Positions 11,284 to 25,100 of a stretch of 64,000 nucleotides of DNA are shown here, in pieces; within the stretch, counting starts at the first letter, position 1, and each line of letters begins with the position of its first letter. The position numbers and the translations under genes were made by a program. Source of the stretch: Eledone cirrhosa (lineage: Eukaryota); contig OZ024743.1 in the NCBI GenBank assembly GCA_964016885.1, positions 187,612,001-187,676,000 of the forward strand, in the 5' to 3' direction. Below the pieces are notes generated by a model, which made no database searches, was not told the DNA's origin, and was given only the letters and a program-made list of their open reading frames with translations.

Positions 11284-12879
11284 TTAATGATAACGGTGAT
11301 GGTGGTAATAATGATAAAGGTGATGGTAGTAATGATAAATATAATAGTGGTGGTAGCACTGTTAATGATTATGTTGAATACTGGCTGACCTGGGAAATGT
11401 TCACAGTAAACTTAATATATGGGTTTACTGAAATAAGATTTAAATATATTCAGTCTTCGACAAAACTCTAATTTAGTATTTTTTGGCTGTCTGCATTACG
11501 TCACTATTTAGAGAGATTTACTTCTCAAAAACAAAACATTTGTATCAACACATATGCTTAGACACATATACACTTTCTCATACAAACACATTCTTTTATA
11601 TACACACAAATACATTCACACAAATACATGCTGCTAAGATACACATACATTCACACACCCAGACAAACAAACATATTTTCATATCCACACACAAACACAC
11701 ATTCACTTACAAAATACTCACATACACATATACACATTTACAATTGCAAACAGACTATACACAAATAAAAATACAGTTACAAACACAACTGAACTATTCC
11801 ACAATTCAACAAATAGTTGAATATCTAAAACAAAGACATTGCTGGCTTTGATATGATTTCATCTTGTGGAATGAAAAATGTATCTAATTCGTCAACAAAT
11901 GATAAATCATTAAGATAATTTATTCATGAATAACTGTAAATCACTCAAGTGAGGGATAAGAGCATCACAGTTTTTTTTACAATAAAAAATAAATGGTTGC
12001 TCTGAATAACTTATTGAAGAATTCGCATAGTTCAAATGACTTTGTTAAACATTTATTGATGACTGTATAGTGCAGTGCACGTCAACATATGTGGTATCAC
12101 CCACAAGTAGGGGAATTGAGATGTTTGGTGGGCAGTAGACTTCTGTGTACAGGAAGGATTTATATGAGTAATGACTTTTAAGCAGTGCATAAAATCTGTT
12201 CATCACTGAATTTTAATCCAAACAGAGCCCCAGCTTTGCATCACAGCCTCAATGTTTTTCATTTTTGTAGAAATAGAAAACTTAGTAAAATTAAGCCAAT
12301 GCATGTATTTGGAACATTTTCTCAGACGTTTCCTTTCTATATTGATTTCTAGGCTGCCACATTTAGTTTTCCTTCAAATCTTATATTTATCAAGTTTTAT
12401 TAGTTAAAGGCCTATTTTAACGAAATATGTTATTTTGTTGAAGTTGGCAAGACCAGTCAGATCTGATATTTGATTGTACATGTAAGTAATTCTGAGAAAT
12501 GTATCAGTTTTCATCAATTCATCTGCTATACAAGCCTACCAGAGCCATGAGTGAAAATAAAAAGAAATAGTCTCTAAGCTATTCACCCAAGTATCTGAAA
12601 TTCAATTTTATTGAAGTTATTACAAATTCTATTGTGTTTACTGTGTCAAAGAACAGAGACATTGGTGCCACATTGTCACCAATTATAAATAAGGGTTTCA
12701 CTAGAACATATTTGTTATATTGAATCAGGTTAACTGCTTTTAGCCACATAATTTTTTTATGCTTTGGTTTGGGATACTATGTACTTCAAATATGACATGT
12801 ATACACCCTACTACCACCCACTATTACAATGTCTTTGGGGGGCGAGAATAAAGTGAATTTATTTCACACTTCCTTATAT

Positions 12880-13200
12880 TTTAAAAATGTACTAAAATAT
12901 GTTTTGAATATATACATAAATACATAAATAACATTACAAATGCATAAATAACATTATAAATTGCTCGCGATTCGTTCAGAAGGACATTAAAAATATAAGG
13001 TCTAAGCCTTGTATAAGAATATAATAATATAGATTCATTGAACAAAAATGATAAAGGAAAGAACAAAAAAGAAAAAAAAGGGGGGAGGGCAATTCACCAC
13101 CAAGTGCACCTCACACCTTAGGGGTTAACTACACCCTTTCAGGCAAGCCAACACGCTCGCAGCATTACCACAGGTGATGGCGAGGTTAAGGCGCAATATC
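12880..13200 (-). mobile_element. 3' end of a CRE-like (restriction-like endonuclease) non-LTR element
   Basis: Minus strand translates ILRLNLAITCGNAASVLAC...*, matching the RLS.AI.RGNA.S.L C-terminus of such ORFs, followed by an AT-rich 3' UTR. Confidence 0.6.
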
Positions 13201-13344
13201 TTGTTATTGAACTAAATCATTTATCTCCTTTGACAAGGCAGTTCTTGTTTGTGAACCTCAAAAAGGCATGTGCTCACATTCCATGTGATTTGAGGATGGT
13301 TCAGCAAGAATATAAGATCATTGAAGAGCAAGTTGTTGTCTATT

Positions 13345-13775
13345 GGAATGCCTACCCTTACCTATGATCAGGAATCTTGGGTAATGACTGAAAGAATATG
13401 ATCACAAATACAAATAGCTGAAATGGGGTTCTTTTGAAGGGTCTCTCAAGTAATGCTATTCAATAAGGTGCATATTCCAGAGATCAGGGAGTTGCTCCAA
13501 GTAGAGTTGCTACTTCTCTGCATTAAGAGATCACAGTTCTGGTACTAAAAACATGTGCAGGACACATTCTATAAACAAAGCCAACAACTAGGACACCCAG
13601 AGATCGACCATAAACATGATAGATGTATAACATCCATAAGCTCAGTTGGATTTGCTTGGGGACCCGTCCAGATCATTTGGTGACAGTTGCTTCTGATAGA
13701 ACAATCTGTAAGGTATGCCTGAAGACTCTACCCCCATGAGGCTCTCAGGAATAAGTAAGTTAAGAAGGAGGATAT
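13345..13775 (+). mobile_element. Degenerate RTE-clade LINE 3' fragment (third subfamily)
   Basis: LTY..ESWVMTERI..QIQ.AEM.F...ELLQVELLLL; homologous to 53740-54610. Confidence 0.7.
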
Positions 13776-13799
13776 ATATATATATGGGATTAACTGGGT

Positions 13800-14320
13800 T
13801 TGCTACTTAGATAATCTAATTTGCATTGGAGCATAATTTCTAGAATAAGAATAGAATGGAAAAAGTATAGGGAGCTACTACCACTCTTGAAAACTAAAGG
13901 TGTATCTCTATGAATGACATTCCAGCTGTGTTATGCTGCATGGTAGTGAGGCATGAGCAGTGAATGCAGAGGATATGTGAACCATGCTTTAATGGATGTC
14001 CAATGTTAATTTGGTAATTATGAAATATGGATGAGCTGAGAGAAAAACTGGGTGTAAATGTTATCAGATATAGTGTACACGAGGGAAGACTGTGCTGGTA
14101 TAGACATGTGGTGCATGTAGATGAAAATAATTGGCTGAAGAAGTACCAAGACTTCCCAGTGGAATATAGCTGTAGTAGAGGGAGATCAAAGAATACCTGG
14201 GATCTCAAATTGTTGAATCTTACAGGTATGATGAATAAATGCGATGAGGGATGCTGTGTTGAAAATGTCCTGTCCAACCCATGTAAGCATAGAAAAGTAG
14301 ATGTAAAATAAAGATGATAT
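13800..14320 (+). mobile_element. Degenerate RTE LINE 3' fragment
   Basis: MLHGSE, ELREKLG, WY.HV, SRGR.K.TW motifs and a decayed tail. Confidence 0.8.
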
Positions 14321-15123
14321 ATATATATATTTGTTTGTGTGTGTATCTGTATATATATATCCTTGATATCAAGTTAGCTAGTTTTAAATAGCTAACCTCT
14401 TAAAGAATGCACTGTTTTCTATGTATCTTTATTCCCTTTTTTAACTATGATCCACTTATTTAAACCAACATATGAATTAAATAACTTTTTAGTAATATAC
14501 TTAAAGAATTATAACCAACACTTTATTCATATCTGGTTTTATCTGAAACCATTAAATATTAGCAACTGTAACATGTAACTTATATAAAGTTTTTTTTTCT
14601 TTTAACTTCTCTTCCAATATTTAGTCGTCCACTTTGATTTATAGTTTTGAACTTTAGTAGTTTTCGAAACATATTATTAGCTATGATTCTGGAATCTTTT
14701 TTTCAACAACCATTTTAGCATATTATCTTTATATACAGCTGTTATTTTCATTCTATTACCTAAATAGAATAAATATTTTTCTTTCAGGTTTTATAACCAA
14801 ATATTTATTATATTTATTTCATCATAATATACATTTAAAAAAAATTATATCCCAGATTCCAATAAATGTGATTCAGTTCTATATAATAAAAATAGAAATA
14901 TTAAAAATCTGTTTGTAAAACACTTCATTTTTCTTTGCTACAATTGTTTGGCCTTGTCAATTTAATAAATTTAATTCTTTTAATGTTTTCAGATCATAAC
15001 AGGATTTAAAAAATACTCCCTTTTGAATCACTTCAGTCTTTTAATCGATTTTTCACTTCCCCAGTCTTTGCATATATATATATATGTAAAAAGTTCAAAA
15101 TCCAGAAAGTACTTAATAAAAGT

Positions 15124-15160
<37 letters not shown>

Positions 15161-15417
15161 GCATATATAACTGTAGAGCAAATATTTATTTCATCAGATA
15201 ATGTTTTATCACAGAATCTCTGCTTTCAACTTCCCCAGGGATCTTTGCAAATTGCAATATTCTAAAATCTGTGAACACACATAAACATTTCAAAATGTGG
15301 TAACAATTGCTAATTTATTTCAGTTTTCAGTTCATTTAATAAGCTATATTATATATGTTCCGTTGTGTATTTCTTTTGCAATATTTCTTATCTGAAAACA
15401 TGTGTTGAAACAGCTAT

Positions 15418-16403
15418 TGTTACACTTTGGGAGGGTCATGCTGCCAATAAAAACATATCTACCTGTTAGCTTTCACTTCAATTTATTATTATAAACTTCC
15501 AGTCGGTTAGTTCAATAACCAGTTGGTTGTTTATTTGTTGATTGTCAAAACACTTTTGTCACACATTCTGTGACCTCCCCAAGGACTACCTTTGTTATTT
15601 TGTGTCTCTCCTTTCTCCTGTTCTACACCACCTTGTTTTTATGAGCTGTGCATGCACTATATCCTGGTTTGTGAGTGTGTGTTTTATTTATTTATTTACT
15701 TGTCACTAGTTGGGTACTTATTCTGTCTAAGTGTATCTTGTTTGTTTTATTAATTTGGCTCTTGTCTGTCTTTATCTTGTACTTAGTTACTAGTTGTAAT
15801 GCTGTTGTTATTCCACTCATATTTTCTGTTTAGTTTTGGTTGGATTTCGTTTATGTTTGTTGCTTCTGTAATCTGTTGGATATGATTTTTAAGTCCATGG
15901 GTTTGGCATAATAATGCAAATGGAGGATTTGTGTTTTATTACTAATGGTTTCTAACCAGAATTCTTTGTATGGGTAATCTATGGTTGGAGTGTTTGGTGG
16001 ATGGAGTTAGTTATTTGCTGGATGCTTTCCATGATGTTTCTTTCTAATTTCTGACTGTTCTCATGCAGACACACACATAGAATAAGCAACCAACTAGTGA
16101 CAAATAAATAAACATATAAATATGTAAATAAAACACACACACGCAAACACAGAAACCTGGATATAACCCATGCACAGCACAAATACACAGTTCACAGCTC
16201 ACAAAACCAAGATGGTGTATGACAGAACCAAGGTAGTCACTGAGGAGGTCATATACTTTGTGACAAAAGAGCTTTGATAATCAACAACTGAACAACCATC
16301 CAGTTATTAAACTAACCAACTGGAAGTTTATAATAATAAATTGAAATGAAAACCAACAGATATGTGTGATTGTATTGCCAGCATGACCCTCCCAAAGTAT
16401 AAC
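15418..16403. mobile_element. Old inverted repeat (15418-15725 / 16078-16403), probable Penelope-like remnant
   Basis: Diverged reverse-complement arms. The spacer translates on minus as LERNIMESI...N..G (resembles the C-terminal part of a PLE GIY-YIG domain). Decayed CTGA...GAAACAGCT motif at ~15391-15415. Arm start is homologous to the 34-kb palindrome. Confidence 0.55.
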
Positions 16404-16531
16404 CATATATATACATTGTTGTCTTATTAGTATGTATGCGCTAGATCTCTTTAATTTACTAAATGATGTAAAATTAGTTCTATCTAATCTATTTGTATGT
16501 TTATAGCTGAAATTCTCTTTATCATCTATTA

Positions 16532-16737
16532 CAGGCATGTCAAACTGAGGGGTCCCCAGAGGACCACATGAGTCATATATGTGTTGTCTGAGGGCCACAC
16601 ATAACAACTAATTGCACACATTACAACTAATTTTACGAAGATAAAGCATGCTCACACTGTAAAAATCTCTGTGGGGACCACAGGTGTGCTTTTAAAGGGC
16701 CACATGCAGCCCGCTGGCTGCATGTTTGCCATGCCTG
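16532..16737. mobile_element. hAT (Charlie-like) MITE
   Basis: TIRs CAGGCATGTCAAAC / GTTTGCCATGCCTG with perfect 8-bp TSD ATCTATTA. Confidence 0.9.
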
Positions 16738-17479
16738 ATCTATTATAGCTTTTGGAAGTTTTTATATGCTTTTTGTCTGTAATATTCTGAAATGTTTATA
16801 TCTGCATCCATAAATGTTAGACTGTCTCAGTTTACTAAACCTCACAACAGAAATGACAAATGATTGAAAGTGGTGGTGATATACTGTGATGGTGTAGACC
16901 CATCCAACAGTGCATAATGTGGCCTGACTTAACCCTCTGTCTCCTCTTTTCTATTAGTACTCCATAGCAGCTATCCTCACTATTACAGCACCCTGATGCT
17001 CCCCACACCAGATTTCACTCCTGAGCTGTTGCTCACTCAAAAGCCTCTAGAAACCCTCACTATTACACTCTAGCAACCACTCTCCTCACTCCTATGCACA
17101 CAAGCCATTCCCCTTCCACTAGCAGTCCCTAGCAGCTATTCTCACCTTCACTACACATTCCACTCTATCTATGCCTCCCTCACGTATTCATTCCTTAGCT
17201 GATGCGCACCCCTCTAAACAACTTAGATACCTTGACCATCATACCCTAGTAGCTACTCTTTTTACCCAAATGCACCCAAACTATGCTCCCTCTACTATCC
17301 CTCCTTAGCTATTCTATCCATCACTACACCACTCCTTTCCAGCACTGGTGAGTACCATGCCTACCCTGCTCAAATGATCAAACAATCCATACCCTCCATC
17401 TCCACAAATTCATCTCCACCCTGTCAAATCAGACTTGCCCTAAATTCATACTCATTTCCCTCCTGTCACCTCCCGCCAT

Positions 17480-17872
17480 GGGTAGTTGGCTACAATAAAG
17501 GCACCTCACTGTATAAACCATGCCTATGAAAAAAGGGGCTAAGAGGACCCTCCATCATATCATAGTACTGTAAACTTCTCTACTGTTGATGATTTACAAA
17601 ATAAATGCACCCATTACATGCTTTAAAGTGGTTTGTGATCAGAAGGGCAGCCAGTTATAGAAAGCTTGCCAAACAATGGGTTGGAAGGACCCTTCAGTTG
17701 TGTTAAAGACATGGCACTTAGTAGAATGTGATACCATACGTAAGCAAGATGTGCACCTTCGACCTGTCTGGGAGATCTGTAGCCTCACCTCAGTACTGAT
17801 TTGGTCTATGTAAACCCATGCAACCTTTGCTAGTAAGGAAAGCAGAAGATGTTAAATGATGATGATGATGAC
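17480..17872 (+). mobile_element. Decayed RTE-type 3' UTR/tail
   Basis: gaagggcagccagttatagaa and aacccatgcaa...gttaaatgatgatgatg resemble the RTE/SINE-B 3' ends. A similar piece lies at 25790-25985. Confidence 0.55.
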
Positions 17873-18513
17873 TAAAAGAATGAAAGCAGATATTCCCTGC
17901 TAAAACTTATAATCTGTTCAAATAATAAAAATATGTGTGTGAGTGCGTGTGCATGAGAATGTTTATGTTTGTGTGTGCATAATGAGAGCATGCGAGATTC
18001 ACATTTAGTCAGCTTTTTCAATAAAAAAAAAAAAACCTGTTAACTATTTTAAAAAGCTTGTAGACATTTCTATTATCTTTTATCTATTATCTTTTATCTA
18101 CTTGTTAAAATGGCATTGACAAAATATTTTTCATTTTACAACTTATGATATAGAAACTATTTGCTTTTAATAGTCATATAAAATTCTACCCACTAAATAA
18201 GTTTTGATGTGCTTATATAGAATATTCATTGTCATACTAAATACTGAACCAATTTTAAGAAAAGCACATTTACAATTTAATTTAAATTAGAATTTGTAAC
18301 TAGAATTTACCCTGAATAACCTTTCTTAACCCTCTTGGAAATAAAGCACTTGAAATTATCCCTACTCTGCCAAATTATTTATTTAACAAAAGTTTATATT
18401 TATCTAAAATCCTTCCAGCTTAGTTTTATGTGATATATATTTGTTGTGTTCCAAACACCAGCTTAATAATGAGAGTGATAGTTATATTAGTAAATATCAC
18501 AAAATCTCAATTA

Positions 18514-18811
18514 CTGTGGAACTTCGATTCACAAACTTAATTCATCACCCGAGATTTTCATAAACTGAAACTATTTTTTTCATACGAAATGTTGAGAGAG
18601 AAATACATTGAGAGAAAGACTGTGTGTGAAAGACAGATAGATATCCCCATAGTAGCTAACTACAGAGCAGGTGATGCTTTCCCACCAATCCGCCAAGCTT
18701 GTTGCCAACTGTTGTTGCCAGCTTATGAACTGATATATTTTATGTTAAGAAAAATTGTTCATGAACTGATTTGTTCATGATGAGGGGCGTTTGTGAACCA
18801 AGGTTTCACTG
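18514..18811. mobile_element. Tigger/pogo-like MITE
   Basis: Imperfect ~23-bp TIRs (ctgtggaacttcgattcacaaac / gtttgtgaaccaaggtttcactg) with TA TSD. Confidence 0.75.
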
Positions 18812-19289
18812 TACTTTCAAAATGATTTCAAAATTATAGACAACTTGAATCATTTGAAATATGGTAATGAAAGGGTCAAACCACATAAAAAATTATTGGT
18901 ATCTCTACTATCATAATTATTGTATACTGTAAAGTAATGTAAAATCTTCATCATTTTAATAATTTAACAGCTGAAATTTTAATGGCACAATAGCATCTTA
19001 GAAACTATGCTAAATAATGAATGTAACAAGCACAATGGTCTCAGACGATGCCAGTGTAGAGAGCAAGCATAAAATTTCCATTATTTTTTCGCTCCATCAT
19101 TTCCCAATGTAAAATTACATAGAGATCATGATTTTATTTCAATTTTAACAATTAGAATAATCAATGCCATCATACATATCATAAATGTTCCTATCACAAA
19201 TAATTCTCACATAACCCAACAGATTCCTTGTATAATTGTTTTCTACTACCCTGCCATTTCTATCTGGCATTGCCCCCCCCCCCCCCTCG

Positions 19290-19474
19290 TGACAACATAA
19301 TACCCCCAGCACCCCAATATATTTTTTATTTACTATATTTATATATGTGTATCATTTGATATTTAATATACTACTATATCATCCCTCCCGCTCCCCCCAC
19401 CCCTTAGGTCTCAGAGTCCCCTGGACCTCCTTAACGCCCCCAGAGGGCAGTGGCACCCACTTTGAGAACTTCTG
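19290..19474 (-). mobile_element. hAT-like terminal fragment, same family as the one in the 1849-2328 palindrome
   Basis: gtatcatttgatat...ccttagg...ggcagtggcacccactttgagaacttctg aligns with 2155-2265. Confidence 0.6.
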
Positions 19475-19655
19475 CTCTAATTATTTCATGTTACTCCACC
19501 CTCTTTTAAAACCACACTGCTGTAATGTTGACACCACTATCTATTATATATGACTAAGTAATTCCCAATCTACACAGTTTCATTAATTTTCTTGAATTAA
19601 TTCAAGATTTTGTGCATATTAATACTTATATTCCCTTTTGGATGCATAAAATATA

Positions 19656-19730
19656 CAGGGTGTGTCCTCTGTACAGTCAATATCTATTAAAATGCTATTG
19701 AAGTGTGTATACATTTTGGGGGACACCCTG
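19656..19730. mobile_element. 75-bp Tc1/mariner-type miniature element
   Basis: TA|CAGGGTGT...ACACCCTG|TA. Confidence 0.65.
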
Positions 19731-19992
19731 TATATTTGGCATATATGTATATGAGACTTGATTCATTATAATAGAATACAGTATGATAACACAACAGCTG
19801 AGAGGCTATGTAATATGGACCTTCCAGCTGTCATTTTCTCAGACATCATCATCATTGCAATCACAGTCGAATATTCCTGACAAGTCTCTCCACAACTCAC
19901 AATTTTCCATTGCTCCAGGCAACTGCTCCCTACTAAGATTTGTATTGTCTGAGAATTGATTGATGAATGTTCAAGCAGGTCTACCTCTACAG

Positions 19993-20154
19993 CAGGCATG
20001 TCAAACTGACGATCCCCCCGAGTGCCACATGGGTCACATAACACAACTAATTGTGCACATTGCAATTAATTTTACGAAGATAAAACATGCTCGTGCTGTA
20101 AAAACCTTTGTGCAAGCCGCATGAGGCCTGCAGGCTGCATGTTTAACATCCCTG
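19993..20154. mobile_element. hAT MITE (deleted relative of 16532-16737) inserted in a decayed minus-strand RTE-like fragment (~19840-20460)
   Basis: Same TIRs, perfect 8-bp TSD CTCTACAG. The flank translates TWKSDLPMEIKIPFFR on minus. Confidence 0.85.
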
Positions 20155-21034
20155 CTCTACAGCATCTCCTGTGAGTTGGTGCCCTCAATTGTAGCTTGTG
20201 TATAACTTCCTGCAAATTGAATGGTCTTTGAGCAAGTGTAATTGTTATCTTGGGCAAGTTTCGTATAAACTTTCATTTGTAATATGTTAACACCAGTTTA
20301 TATTTTGTACAAACATAAGCCTTTAATGTATGCATCATCTATTTTGTTCTCATTCAATTGTGTCAACAACACTAACACAGCAGGTGTTCTGAAGAATGGT
20401 ATTTTGATTTCCATGGGGAGATCTGACTTCCATGTACTTTCCATTTTGTTTTCAGACACAATATAACTAAAACACTATTTAAATCTTAATATGGTCCATA
20501 GATTGAGAAAGATTTTTTATTATTTATAGTGGGTCAAACAACAATGTACGCACTACGAAATTAGTTTGTAAACTTAGATGTAAAAGAAAGAGACGTTTCA
20601 TTTAATTATTGAAAACAATGATTCAAATGTCAATGGTGAGGTTAAAGCAACCAAACAAGCATTTATCCAATAACAAGCCAGCTAAATTAAAGCCATAAAA
20701 CAGCAGCTATTTGGTAGATGTAGGTGATTTGAAAGATTGCATTATTTTAAATTCCACCAAACAGAATCTCTCTAAGTACTGGATGACTTCCAATTGACTT
20801 TTAATGACTTTACTGGGTGACCGTTTGTTAATCGCAAAGATCTTTGTCTATATGATTAGTCATCTTTAATTTGTGCATCTACTCTATGTAAAGCATATTA
20901 TTATCATTATTATTATATTTGCTGATGGTGCTTTCTGATTTAACATTTGAAATATTCGTTACGGATGGGTATCTAATTGTAAGACATAAAGAATAGAAAT
21001 AATTATATTCAAGGAAGCAAACATGCTAGCAGGA

Positions 21035-21132
21035 AATAATTGTTTCTACTTTAGGCACAAGGCCAGCAATTACCCAGTGCATTACTTGTACTTTATTTTA
21101 TCGACCCCGCAAGGATGAAAGGCAAAGTCAAC
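21035..21132 (-). mobile_element. 5'-truncated SINE family A
   Basis: 3' half of the consensus, flanked by a ggaaataat direct repeat. Confidence 0.82.
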
Positions 21133-21348
21133 GGAAATAATAGATGTTAAAAAGCAAAATAAAATGGAATCAGTATATACACCCACACACAGACATGCAC
21201 ACACACACATATATACACACACACACACATATGCACACACACACACATCATGCACACATATATGCACACACACATGCACACACACATCCACATACACACA
21301 CACATGCACATATATATATATTGATATATATATATTAATATTTATATA

Positions 21349-21945
21349 TGGGCGATAAAATCAGCAGTGGGGGAGGGTGCTCTGAAAGTACTGTAGCTAG
21401 AGTCAGAACTGGTTGGAAAAAGTTCAGAGAGCTTATACCACTATTAGCTGCTAAAGGGTTCTCCCTAAAAATGAAAGGCAGGTTGTACGATGCCTGCATA
21501 CGAACAGCAATGCTGCATGGCAGTGAGACCTGGGCATTGTGTGCAGAGGATATACGCAGACTAGAGAGGAACGAAGCTTGCATGCTCCGCTGGATGTGTA
21601 ACAGTAATATACGTGAACGGCAAAGCATAAACGAACTAAGGAAAAAATTAGAGATAAGAGGGATCAGATGTTGTTTACTCGAGAGAAGGCTACGTTGGTA
21701 TGGACACGTGATGCGCATGAAAGTCGATAGCTGTATAACAAAGTGCAGGGCAATAAAGATAGACGGTAGTCACGGAATAGGCAGACCTAGAAAAACCTGG
21801 GACGAGCTGATAAACTCCGACATCACACACTTACACCTCTCCAAGACAATGTCACTGGACCGAGACCTTTGGCGGTACTCAGTAACAGAGAAGACCCGCC
21901 TTACCTAAATATATAGTAAAACCTACTCCAACCAGTAGGCATCTT
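21349..21945 (+). mobile_element. RTE LINE fragment (subfamily 2), open frame to the natural stop
   Basis: ORF 21348-21908 with MLHGSETW, WYGHVMR and GRPRKTW; nearly identical to 39505-40100. Confidence 0.92.
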
Positions 21946-22004
21946 CTTTATACTGTGTTGTTTGCTTTGTTATTTCTTTGTACTTTATATATATTTATAT
22001 ATAT

Positions 22005-22668
22005 CTTGGGTACACAGGAGATGTAGTGGGATAATGGGTAGACTAACAGAAAGGGAAGACTTTGTTTGTAGAAAATGCACAGGGGTAACCAAGGCAAAGA
22101 TAGCCAGTGTTGTAAGCTTATTCCAGTTATAGAAAGGACCCATAGAAGTGGTTAATAGCTTCTGCTATCTAGGCACTGGAGAAGGGTGCTCTGAGAGCAT
22201 AAAACTAGAATAAGGATAGGATGTAAAAACTCAGAGACCTTCTCCCACTGTTGACCACGAAAGGTTTCTCCCTACTTATAAAAGGATGACTGTATGACAC
22301 CTGTGTGTGAAGTGCGATGCGGTATGGTAGTGAAACATGGGCTGTGACTGCAGATGATATGCATAGACTGGAGAGGAATGAAACAATCATGCTCCATTGG
22401 AAGTACAATGTAATTGAGAGACAGGCAGAGCTTGAATGAGCTGAAGTAGAAGCTGTGTTTAAGAGGAATCCGAGGTTGTGTGCAGGGGAGAAGACTGTGA
22501 TATGCATGGACAATGATTGATGGGTGAAGAAGTGCTAGGAAATGACAGTGGAAGAAAGCCACGGTAGAGGTAGACCAAGAAAGACCTGGGAAGAAGTTGT
22601 AAGAGCTGACTTCAAATCACTGAGACTCACAAGAATGGAAAAGCAGACGTAAAAACATTGATGATGAT
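22005..22668 (+). mobile_element. Degenerate RTE LINE 3' fragment
   Basis: WVHRRCSG, FCYLG, KGFS, GSETW and RGRPRKTW remnants, then gacgtaaaa..gatgatgat tail. Confidence 0.85.
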
Positions 22669-24811
22669 ATATATGTAAATATTGCTAATCCTTCAGTTGT
22701 GTCAACTTGGGTTAGGTCTTCACTCTCTCATGTATTCTCTTTGTTCACCAGTCTCTTGTAATTTCGGTGTCAGTCAGGTCAACTACTCTGCTATGCTTTC
22801 AGACACTTTTTATCAACATCTCCTTTTTCTCAAGCACACTCTCTCACAATTCAGAGCACTTCATAGCTCTGTTCATCACGTCACATATCATGTGCAAACA
22901 TCTTCTTTTCTACCTTTCTCAATGTATGTATGTATGTGTAAAGATATATAGTGTTAGCCTTCTAGAAAAGATCTAACTATAGACATTAAAAAATCTGAAG
23001 TGTTACTGGAGGAACACTGTTTAATGCTTGAGTAAAAAGGAATGGAATAATGATAGTAAAAATTTAAATGAAGAAATTTCTAAAGGCAGATCATTTTGTC
23101 AAAAGGAAATAGAGATGTATATATGTCAAATGGGGGAAATTTTGAAAGGGACACCCTAAAATTCAATGACATGAGCCTACAATGAAGTTCCTATTGGTTG
23201 ATGTATCTGATAGAAATGACTGTTAAATCTTTTTTGTGGCACACTCTAATGTCTTAGGGAAAAAACACAAACGATTTGTTGTATAAAGTAGCCCTATATT
23301 AAATATGACTGGAAAATAAGTGGGATGGTCATAGCAGAAATACTTTTGGCCATAGGACTGTTAGATTAGGATTGACGTGGGTTTAAACAATGTTAACAGC
23401 TCTAAGAAAAGATAAACAAATGATATATTTGAAAGATATATATGTAAGAGAATAAACATTAAAGATGGAAACTAATTTCCCTGCTGGTTTAAAACATATC
23501 AGTATGCAAAGATACGTTTTAAGTTTTCCTGAAAATTATAGTAAGACATCATCATCATTACATCTGTTTTTCTATGTGATGATGTTGAGGATTTGGGATT
23601 GTTGATTCTTCTATCATTTTCAAGGGTGATGAATCCCTATTAGTGGAGAGAGTGCTAAAAGTTGAGAATGTTTAATATTCAATGACAACTAATTAAAAAT
23701 GTTTGGAATTGCCTTAGTCTACAAATAATCATTTTCTTATGGGTATGTGACTTTTGAGAGCCTTGTGTATGTAAATCTCAACAACATGAACTACAACCAA
23801 AAGAAGATAATGTAGCTGACCAAATTTTCAATTGATTCAGGCCCTAAAGATGACAGAATTAGTTCCAAGTTGTCGATGGTTTTTCATTTTATCTACCGAT
23901 CTAATATTGCTGGACTTCTATTAAATAATGCAACTTTGTTAATCCATCAAGTTTTGTGCAGACAAAAGCTAACTAGTGCTATACAATTTTTTAATTCTAC
24001 TGATGGTAACATAATTGTCTTGAATATTGCAATAATTTCCCCTTTTTTCTTCCACTTCATCTCTCCTCTTTACTCATTACTTTCAAACTGGCTTTATCAG
24101 GGCATTCTTTAATGTTGTTATCAACCAGCTGAAGTTGAATTTAATTTGGGGGAGAAAGATTGTTCCCTTTCTCTGTTTGTGATTACCATATTTGTATTTA
24201 TGACATTAATGCACTGAGCAGCAAAGCAAAAATAATGTGAGAGATTACCTCAAGATATGACAGGAGATATTTAGTTTGTAGTTCATTGGAGATTTAGCTA
24301 TATTTTGACTAATGACAAAACCCAGGCTAGCAGAAATAACAGATTTAGAGATAATCTGGAAAATATTTACAAGCAGATGTTTCCTTGTACTGTGTTGTGT
24401 ATTCGTGTTTTTAGCTAACCTAACTGGGAAATAGAAACGTACCATTCCTTAAAGAATATAAGAATTTAGGATACAGCCACCTGAATCAACACTAGTATAT
24501 TGTTACATTTACAGTGGTTTAGTCGATAAGGAAGTGTCTACATAATCATTTTACACACTAGAAATAGCTGGCAAATCTCTTTTGAATCGCACCACACATT
24601 CTTAAAAAAAACAAAGGGTATAAAGGATAATAAAAGAAATTGGTGACTAAGATGTCTTCATGTATAAGTTACCACATGTTAACTATAATTTGAACAGTAG
24701 ATTGGCAGAATCTTTAGAGCACAAACAGAAAATGCATTGCAGAATTTAATTAAAGCCTCTCACCATCTTGGGTTGATAAAGTAATAGGTACTGGGGTTGA
24801 TATAATTGACT

Positions 24812-25100
24812 TTATTCTTAGTCTTAGATTCTTCCACACCATTCGGCACATCGAGCAGTAAGTACTCGCTAACGGTCACGATCAGCGGCAACTTTTTCGA
24901 GACCGTGCCAGATGATGTTGGCTGCCATTAGGTCCCTCCGGAACGTTCATCACCAGGTGATCCTTGGGCAACCCGCCTCCGTTTACCGCCAGGCAGAGTC
25001 CAGTTTATTGCTGTTTTCGAATGCCGTTCATTTGGCAAACGCAGAATATGGCCCGTCAGACAGCACCGACGCTCCGTGACCACTCTATATTTGAGGCATG
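24812..25100 (-). mobile_element. RTE-like LINE 3' end
   Basis: Minus translation RR..LTGHILRLPNERHSKTAINWTLPGGKRR; AAG-rich tail. Confidence 0.7.

Noticed and set aside
16920-17470. C-rich degenerate tandem-like tract
   Set aside because: The period and origin could not be established by eye; treated as low-complexity repeat debris.
24245-24445. 66-aa minus ORF with plausible splice sites
   Set aside because: No recognisable homology or linked exons; too weak to call.
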